A stretch of 64,000 nucleotides of DNA from assembly GCA_016187465.1 (NCBI GenBank), contig JACPJQ010000004.1, positions 7,092 through 71,091 on the forward strand. Reading direction: 5' to 3'. This document shows, one piece after another, positions 57,940 to 64,000 of this stretch. A model generated the notes under the pieces. That model was given only the letters and a program-made list of their open reading frames with translations. It made no database searches and had not been told where the DNA came from. Position 1 is the first letter of the stretch, and every line of letters begins with the position of its first letter. A program made the position numbers and the translations under genes. This stretch comes from Candidatus Woesearchaeota archaeon (GTDB lineage Archaea > Nanobdellota > Nanobdellia > Woesearchaeales > GW2011-AR4).

Positions 57940-58306
57940 ATTCTACATTCGACATTTTTTCAAATTGTTTATCTACTGTTAAGAATTTAAGATTATGCTT
58001 TAGCGCAAGAGTGTACCCAACAGAATCTGTAGAAGAAATGTTCTTATTTTTATTTAAATACCTAAAATAGACTGATTTTATCATGACTTCTGGAGAAATC
58101 TCCACCAGCTCAAAATTAAAATTTCCAAACCAATTATCAGCTTCTGCTTTTCCCTTTTCTCTTAATATTATATTGTACAGTTCTCCAATGTTCATTACAC
58201 TTGTGACTATTTTGAAATCCCCAAACCTTTCATAATTCGGGTTTTTCTTCATTAATTCAATTATCGCATAAGTATCAAAGAAATACATTTCAAAAACCAA
58301 AATCAA
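57929..58306 (-). CDS. PIN-domain VapC-like toxin
   Basis: FFDTYAIIE N-terminus. Overlaps the antitoxin gene. Confidence 0.5.
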   Translation of the reverse strand: MILVFEMYFFDTYAIIELMKKNPNYERFGDFKIVTSVMNIGELYNIILREKGKAEADNWFGNFNFELVEISPEVMIKSVYFRYLNKNKNISSTDSVGYTLALKHNLKFLTVDKQFEKMSNVEFVK

Positions 58307-58517
58307 ATTCTTTATCTACCTCCCTCATCAATTGCTCAGTAGGCTTATTAAATTTCATTATTCCAAAAATATCTCTTCCTTTTGTTATAGGTTTCGTGCT
58401 TATCATTAGTGTTATTTCCTGATCGGGCTTTATTTTTTCTTCTTTAACTACTTCTTTAGGTATTAAAACTCCTATAGAGTTGCCCCATTTCTTTGTTCTT
58501 GTTTTTATTTCCATCAT
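58290..58517 (-). CDS. AbrB/MazE-like antitoxin
   Basis: KWGNSIGVLIPKEV. Confidence 0.5.
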   Translation of the reverse strand: MMEIKTRTKKWGNSIGVLIPKEVVKEEKIKPDQEITLMISTKPITKGRDIFGIMKFNKPTEQLMREVDKEFDFGF

Positions 58518-58605
58518 AGAAGTTATACATGTATAACTGATATATAAATGTTTCTTTACTTAATTTATTTTTTTCGGAGTTAAATTTATAAGTCGTTGCT
58601 GTTTA

Positions 58606-58920
58606 TTGATAAATAAAATGTATGCAGGTAAACTACAGGTAAATCAGGATTCAGGCAATCCCGGGAAAGACCCAAAAAACTGCTTTTTTATTTGGAATGA
58701 GCCTATTGGCGTTCTGCAACTTTCTACAAACCCAAGCGACTTAGAAGGGCTTTTGGCAGGAATAAAACTTTCGGAAGAAGGTGTGAGTATAGAATTATCA
58801 AGACCGCCTCTGCAAAAAGAGCCTGTAATATTCTTAGGTGTTAAAAGAATAGAGCCAGTTCCTGGATTAAAAGATGAAGATTATTTATGGAAACCAGACT
58901 ACATTAAAATTGTATCATAA
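58606..58920 (+). CDS. Hypothetical protein
   Basis: ORF only. Confidence 0.2.
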   Translation: MINKMYAGKLQVNQDSGNPGKDPKNCFFIWNEPIGVLQLSTNPSDLEGLLAGIKLSEEGVSIELSRPPLQKEPVIFLGVKRIEPVPGLKDEDYLWKPDYIKIVS

Positions 58921-59664
58921 ATTTCCAGTTACTTTCCTTCCAAAACTCAAAAATCCAGAATGCCCCAGGCCCTGGCTTTTTGGCCTTACCTTTCGCTCTT
59001 CGACTTCCCATTCTCTTTCTGCAATCTCAACTGTTTTCAAATAAACGAAATTTTCATTTTTTCTCAAGGCATTGACAAAATCAGCAACTTGGGGAACAGA
59101 AGGGCTGTAAGACACTATAAAGCCGCCCGGTTTTAGGGCTTTTGAGCAGCTTTCAGTTGCGTTCCATGGCTCAGGCAAGTCCAATATGATCACATCGATG
59201 TTTTTGTCATCTATTTCTTTATAGATATCTTTATTTTTTATTTTAATGTTCTTAAGCCCTAAGAACTCAATATTCGACTTAACAATCTCAATGAAGTCCT
59301 CCCTTATTTCGTATGTAACCACTTCTTTTGCAATTGATGCAAGAAAGCATGATAATGCCCCTGAGCCAGCGCCAGCATCAAGGACTTTGCTTTGCCTGTT
59401 AATCCCAGTTTCTGCAATTATAAACCCAATGTCCTTCAAAGGTATTATCTGCGCATCCCGCTTTATTTTCCTGTACAAATCAATAAAATAAGGGCTGAAA
59501 ATAAAGAATTCCCTGCCTGTGTTTGATTTTAGCAGGCTGCCGTCTTTTGCCTTCAGGTCATCTTTTTTTATAAAGCCGTATTGGGTGTGCAAATCCTCGT
59601 TAAGATTTTTTGCGTAGAATTTTTTCCCTTGTCTTGTTATAAGCACTTTTCTTATTGAAGCCAT
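58915..59664 (-). CDS. trmI: tRNA (adenine-N1)-methyltransferase TrmI
   Basis: VLDAGAGSGALSCFLA plus an N-terminal TrmI-like domain. Confidence 0.55.
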   Translation of the reverse strand: MASIRKVLITRQGKKFYAKNLNEDLHTQYGFIKKDDLKAKDGSLLKSNTGREFFIFSPYFIDLYRKIKRDAQIIPLKDIGFIIAETGINRQSKVLDAGAGSGALSCFLASIAKEVVTYEIREDFIEIVKSNIEFLGLKNIKIKNKDIYKEIDDKNIDVIILDLPEPWNATESCSKALKPGGFIVSYSPSVPQVADFVNALRKNENFVYLKTVEIAEREWEVEERKVRPKSQGLGHSGFLSFGRKVTGNL

Positions 59665-60113
59665 AGAATAGCATAGAAAAATCTAGCCTATAAAAATTTA
59701 ATTAAAATAAAGCGAACTTACTTCCTGCCTTTTTTCATCTCGCCTTTGCAGTGGCCGCACGAAGGCATTGTCAATTTCATAATGCCCTTCAGCACAAGCA
59801 GCAGGGCCAGCACGTACCATATGAAGTATACGTTGCTGGTGGCTTTTGCGTACCATGTTGATGCAAAAAGCACCACTCCAAATATTATGAATTTTCCAGC
59901 CCAGCATTTCGAGCATACGCCGTCGTGGCATGTTTGATCCATTAAAACACCTCCTTTTGCTTAATTTCCATGCTCTTAAATTAAAGATTTAAAAACTTTG
60001 TGATTTAAAAACGGGCCAGGGAAGATTCCCACCAACCTTTTGAGAAAAGCCTGTGGAAAACCATGTAATGCGTAATCTGCGATTACGCGGAACGATTGAG
60101 ATTACTGAAAAAA

Positions 60114-60228
60114 CGGGCCAGGGAAGATTTGAACTCCCGACCTTCTGCTTGCTTCAAAACCAAATGGTTTGAAATAGAAGGCAGACGCTCTGTTTGGGAT
60201 TGCTCTATCCAAGCTGAGCTACTGGCCC
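60114..60228 (-). tRNA. tRNA-Arg(UCU) with two putative introns (about 15 nt at the D-arm/26 junction, about 25 nt at 37/38)
   Basis: Hand fold. Acceptor stem GGGCCAG/CTGGCCC, D stem GCTC/GAGC, anticodon stem TCTGC/GCAGA, loop CTTCTAA, T arm GGGAG-TTCAAAT-CTTCC. The overlapping track ORF 60096..60299 is spurious. Confidence 0.6.
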
Positions 60229-60394
60229 ATAAGAAGAAAGAATACAGGGAATTGTTTATAAAAGTTATTGATAAATTTCCTCTTAATTCTGTCCATTGAA
60301 ACTATTTAACAAAACTGAATAAGTACTATAATCTGCAGGTTTAACATAAAAGTAATTATAATAAATAATTAAAATTGCCATAATTAAAACAAAA

Positions 60395-60533
60395 TATAGT
60401 AAAGGACACAAGTTTTTAGACATAAATATGTCCTTTACTTGTCAAAAATTTCACGTATTTATTATAAATTGATGAAATTTTTGAGCACTCGAAAACCCGT
60501 AAGGTTTTCTTTGTATTACGAACGGACAACTAT
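60395..60533 (+). repeat. 139-bp intergenic repeat, copy C
   Basis: Identical to copies A and B. Confidence 0.85.
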
Positions 60534-60648
60534 TGCTTTCGTTTCACTTTAAGGTCTATTGCCCATCCAATAGTATATCCGACTGCTTCCAAAATCTCTT
60601 GCCAGAAATCCATTGTGACTGAATTCTTAAAATCAATTTTGTACTCTA

Positions 60649-61599
60649 TCAATAAATCAGCTCGTTTTTATGCTTGGTTATATAATCCTTAAAATTGTTC
60701 ACAAAATTTGGCATCATGTTTAAAGTGCGGTATTCAGCCTCGGCAAAATGCTCAATTTTGACATTTTTAATTTTTTCTCCGACGATTTTTATCTTTTTTT
60801 CGTCAAACAAATAATCTTTTCTTTTCCTTGCATAGTATATTGTTGACAGATTTTCAACATCCAAGCCAATCAAACTGCACATCACAAAATCCAAAGCAAC
60901 CGCATCTCCTGAAGCTCCGAGAATGCCGGCAAATTTCGGATTTCCGCCGCAAGGGCCGTTTCCTTCCATTCCGTAAACGCCGTCTATGATATTCAATGCA
61001 GCTTTTTTTCTTAGCAATGAATAAAGATCGAGAAGCATGTTTGCAAAATATTCAATGTTGGAGTACTTCAAATGATAAAATCCTCTTCTTGGGCCCGGCA
61101 TAATGCTGTACAGGTTCTTCACAGCACCGGTAAAATAAAGCTGGGAATGTGTTTTCAGTTTTGGTATATTGATTATAGCATCAACCTCATTAAAATGATG
61201 AGTCAACGGGAATTCCCTGACAACAAGGGCTTTTTCATTTAAACCATTTATTTTCTTGTCAAAAACTGCGATTTCAAGGTTATTCTTTTTGCAAACATCA
61301 TAAATGCCGCAAATTTTCATAGCCTCAATTACATCTTCAGAGAACGGATTGTCACCAACAAGTATTTCGCAATTTTGCTCCTTTAAAATTTTTATTACCG
61401 CTTCAATTACGGCAGGGTGTGTTGTTCCGGATTCTTCAGGCCCCATTCCAGTGACAATGTTGGGCTTTAGAAGGACTTTCTGGCCGTTTTTGATAAATTT
61501 TGAAATCCCGCCAAGATTATCAAGAAGTTTTCTTGCTGATGCGTCTACATCTTTTTGACTGTAAGAACTGCATTTTGCTAAACTTACTGCATAGGACAT
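60649..61599 (-). CDS. DUF362-domain protein
   Basis: KVLLKPNIV...GDNPF pattern. Confidence 0.4.
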   Translation of the reverse strand: MSYAVSLAKCSSYSQKDVDASARKLLDNLGGISKFIKNGQKVLLKPNIVTGMGPEESGTTHPAVIEAVIKILKEQNCEILVGDNPFSEDVIEAMKICGIYDVCKKNNLEIAVFDKKINGLNEKALVVREFPLTHHFNEVDAIINIPKLKTHSQLYFTGAVKNLYSIMPGPRRGFYHLKYSNIEYFANMLLDLYSLLRKKAALNIIDGVYGMEGNGPCGGNPKFAGILGASGDAVALDFVMCSLIGLDVENLSTIYYARKRKDYLFDEKKIKIVGEKIKNVKIEHFAEAEYRTLNMMPNFVNNFKDYITKHKNELIY

Positions 61600-61631
61600 G
61601 GAGATTAAGTATAAATTATTGTTTAAATAGT

Positions 61632-61790
61632 TTATTGCGTTAGGGCTTCATCCCAGGAACCGACCCACATCGTGCAGTGCTTCTTGCCTTCCCAATAGTA
61701 CCAGCACTGCTTGCCGAATTTTTCCCAGCGAACGCAGCCGACGCAGCATGCCGGAACATTAGATTTTTTTTCAGGTTTTTGCTCTGGCAT
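61632..61790 (-). CDS. Small Cys/Trp-rich protein (52 aa)
   Basis: Hand translation gives MPEQKPEKKSNVPACCVGCVRWEKFGKQCWYYWEGKKHCTMWVGSWDEALTQ. Confidence 0.25.
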   Translation of the reverse strand: MPEQKPEKKSNVPACCVGCVRWEKFGKQCWYYWEGKKHCTMWVGSWDEALTQ

Positions 61791-61877
61791 TTTTAATTAA
61801 TTTATTTTTTTATTGGTTTTTAGTTAATGTTCAATCGTTATTGGATTTTTTGTTATCCACTTACTTTTATTGAATTT

Positions 61878-62966
61878 TTAATCCAAAAACTGCTGCTTCT
61901 TTATCTTCTCGGGCAAATACTTGTCAGATATAAATGTTATGCCTTTTGACGACAATGCCTGGATTTCCAGCTTTGCACCAAAATCCTTCATCATCTTGAA
62001 CTGGCGCTGCCATTCCTTGTTCTTCCTGAACCAGTCATAATCAGAAATCTGCTTCAGCCTTGTCAAGTCAACATCCTTGAATTTTATAAAGTGCTTTTTC
62101 AGGTCATAATTGGCAACGTCGTCTGCTGTAACGCCAAGGAATTTTGCATTCTGCAGCGTCATTGACTCTGACATGTGGGCAAGGTTAATAGAGCCGAATT
62201 TCAAAACAGAGTAAATGTAAAAACCCCAAGGATCAAAATCCGCAAGAACATAAATAGGCAAATCATGCTCCTGTGACAGGCGCTGCAGCAGTCTTCTTAT
62301 GCCTCTTGTTGTCTGGCCCTGGGAAGTTACGATAATGCAGCTTTGCTTTTCCCAAAATTTGTCTTCATGAAGCCTCTCCCAAACAGCCTGCTTCTCCATG
62401 TAGATAACATACTTTGCCTTTACGCTCTTGAATTCTATATCTTCAACATTAGACGGTATGCTCCATCCTCCTGAACCAAGCTTTGCCCAGTTTATTGTGT
62501 CGCCAGCGTCTTCAATAATTACATTGCCCGCAACAGAGCCCATCTTGTTTGCATTTATGTTGAGCTGCTCTCTTGACAAATCAGTTATCAGCTCTAAGTC
62601 TTCCAGAGCCTTGTCGCTTTCGGTCTGGTCATCAACAATGTTGATATTGGAAGCTGGGATTGTCCTTTTGGCCATGTAAAAAACATCCCTTAAGCTGGCA
62701 TGCTTGCTGACGTCAAGCAGATTCCTGCTTATCTTGGCAACTTCAAGAGTCTGCAAAAACTTTTTTGCGTGGCCGACATTAAAGAAAGTTCTTTGCTGCT
62801 GCTTTTCCCCAAGGCCAAGCGTTTTTGTTTTTGTGTCGTATACTACATTAGACAAGCTCCTCACGCTGAACTCAATAGTCGGATTGCGGCCTTTTTCAAT
62901 GTCTGCGACAAGCTTTCTTCCGAAATCCTCCAATTCCTTAACTGGTTTCTTATTTTGCTTCTTCAT
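61878..62966 (-). CDS. top6A: DNA topoisomerase VI subunit A (Spo11-like)
   Basis: Toprim/CAP-like sequence and size (362 aa). Confidence 0.85.
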   Translation of the reverse strand: MKKQNKKPVKELEDFGRKLVADIEKGRNPTIEFSVRSLSNVVYDTKTKTLGLGEKQQQRTFFNVGHAKKFLQTLEVAKISRNLLDVSKHASLRDVFYMAKRTIPASNINIVDDQTESDKALEDLELITDLSREQLNINANKMGSVAGNVIIEDAGDTINWAKLGSGGWSIPSNVEDIEFKSVKAKYVIYMEKQAVWERLHEDKFWEKQSCIIVTSQGQTTRGIRRLLQRLSQEHDLPIYVLADFDPWGFYIYSVLKFGSINLAHMSESMTLQNAKFLGVTADDVANYDLKKHFIKFKDVDLTRLKQISDYDWFRKNKEWQRQFKMMKDFGAKLEIQALSSKGITFISDKYLPEKIKKQQFLD

Positions 62967-63191
62967 TTTGCGATTTGGTTATTTCTAATTGAGTTTTTTA
63001 ATTTGTTTTTATTGAATTTGTCATGTTTTTTTTAAGTTAATGTTCATCGTTATTGAATTTTTCATTGTTGGGTTGTTTTTATTGAAATTAGATCCGCCTT
63101 GGCAAAATTTACTCTGGCAGCTGTTAAGCGAGTTTCTCGCGGACATCGCATGTCACTGGTATAAATCATGCTCGCTATATATACATCACTA

Positions 63192-64000
63192 TCATTCGCC
63201 TTCTGGACTTTCTGGAGACCCTTTTTTAGTAAACTCCATTTTGTACAGTTTATCGTCAGCGTCCTCCTCCACAATCTCCTTTTTTATTTCAGGCTTGACA
63301 AGCATCTTCTGCAGCCCCTGCAGTATCTTTTCCTTTTTCTCTTTTGTCAGAACCGACAGAGAGTCTGCAATCTCGGGAATGTACTTCTCAAACATGTTGG
63401 CCCTCTCGATCTGCTCTGAAATCCTGTATTTTTTCCTTACGTAAGTGCCGAGCAGTCTTCCGCATTCCTGCAGTGCCAGCTTTATTTCCTTTATTATTTC
63501 GGGATAATGCGCAATAGCTTCTTTGCTTTCGCTTGTGAACGGCACCCATACAGATGCCATGTGGACAACAATAACAACAGGGCCGAATGGAACAGAATCG
63601 CCTGACTGCTGCAGGCCATAAGGCTTCCAATTGGTTTCCATTATTGAGTTCGTCATTGCGCATGCGCCTTCCTGATACAGCAAAGGCACCCTGTTAGCAA
63701 ACCTAAGGATGTTGGCTTTTTCCTCTTTTGGTATTTCGCCGCCAAACGCGACTGCTGCCTCTAGGATAAACGGATTCCCCCTGTAAACAGACGGCGCTCT
63801 TGATGTTGCAGCATAGAATTCCGCCCTTATTTCCTTTCTCAAGCCCTTTTCAAGCAATTCTTCTCCGATAGGGCTTAAGCAGTCTGTTGGAGGTGCGATT
63901 ATTTTTGTTTTTTGTATGCCCTGCAGCAGTTTCTCCGCTATGTCCCTGCTTACTTCAGCAGGCTTTGTGTTTGGAAGAACGGCAGCATGCTCACAAATTT
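63192..64000 (-). CDS. top6B: DNA topoisomerase VI subunit B (C-terminal transducer part; N-terminus beyond the window end)
   Basis: RFANRVPLLYQEGA transducer motif. The frame stays open to position 64000. Confidence 0.75.
   Translation of the reverse strand, partial: ICEHAAVLPNTKPAEVSRDIAEKLLQGIQKTKIIAPPTDCLSPIGEELLEKGLRKEIRAEFYAATSRAPSVYRGNPFILEAAVAFGGEIPKEEKANILRFANRVPLLYQEGACAMTNSIMETNWKPYGLQQSGDSVPFGPVVIVVHMASVWVPFTSESKEAIAHYPEIIKEIKLALQECGRLLGTYVRKKYRISEQIERANMFEKYIPEIADSLSVLTKEKKEKILQGLQKMLVKPEIKKEIVEEDADDKLYKMEFTKKGSPESPEGE

Noticed and set aside
60096-60299. 67-aa plus-strand ORF
   Set aside because: It overlaps the tRNA-Arg gene on the opposite strand. The tRNA fold is far better supported.
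1-64000. CRISPR arrays, rRNA genes, integrase or transposase genes
   Set aside because: I looked for regularly spaced direct repeats and found only the three dispersed 139-bp copies, about 6-7 kb apart, which is not array-like. No rRNA-like GC-rich conserved stretches were seen. No tyrosine or serine recombinase or DDE transposase motifs were seen in any frame, so the repeats and the GNAT insertion cannot be assigned to an autonomous mobile element.

Overview
This is an AT-rich (about one-third GC) archaeal chromosomal segment. The archaeal assignment rests on fibrillarin with Nop5, ABCE1, deoxyhypusine synthase, topoisomerase VI A and B, and tRNAs carrying introns. The small gene set and overall style suggest a DPANN-like small-genome archaeon, but that is inference. 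Recognisable housekeeping genes include flpA and nop5, pyrG, glmS, secD and secF, pyrH-like UMP kinase, UbiB-family kinase, CutA, TrmI, a MacB-like ABC exporter, acyl-CoA synthetase, DUF99, and top6A/top6B.

The most unusual part is the first ~17.6 kb, which is almost entirely minus-strand. It is a dense island of secreted and membrane proteins arranged as repeated operon modules. Each module pairs a membrane thiol-disulfide transporter (three CcdA/DsbD-like proteins) or a TlpA-like WCPWC thioredoxin with members of a four-member paralogous family of membrane-anchored proteins carrying two HxH motifs and a conserved Cys pair. The island also holds two lipoprotein cupredoxins with a complete CuA-type ligand set (H...C-x3-C-x3-H-x2-M), with no heme-copper oxidase subunit I in the window. 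Other members are a Met-rich secreted protein, a BlaI/CopY-like repressor overlapping a BlaR1-like HExxH sensor that has a CMMPMMNCMPMM tract, a rhodanese, a VIT1/CCC1 transporter, and two paralogs of a CxYCCG...CGC protein. Together this looks like an uncharacterised extracytoplasmic copper and thiol-redox system.

Other notable points:
- Two intron-containing tRNA genes, each apparently carrying two introns.
- A 139-bp repeat present in three identical copies. Its palindromic core also appears as solo 'cgagcatgctcaaaaa' motifs upstream of pyrG, dys and glmS.
- An ABCE1 whose Cys pattern retains exactly one of its two [4Fe-4S] ligand sets.
- An SLT-domain lytic transglycosylase next to tRNA-Thr.
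- An orphan MutH/Sau3AI-like endonuclease.
- A GNAT cassette flanked by a duplicated gene 3' end.

No CRISPR array, no rRNA, and no integrase or transposase was found.
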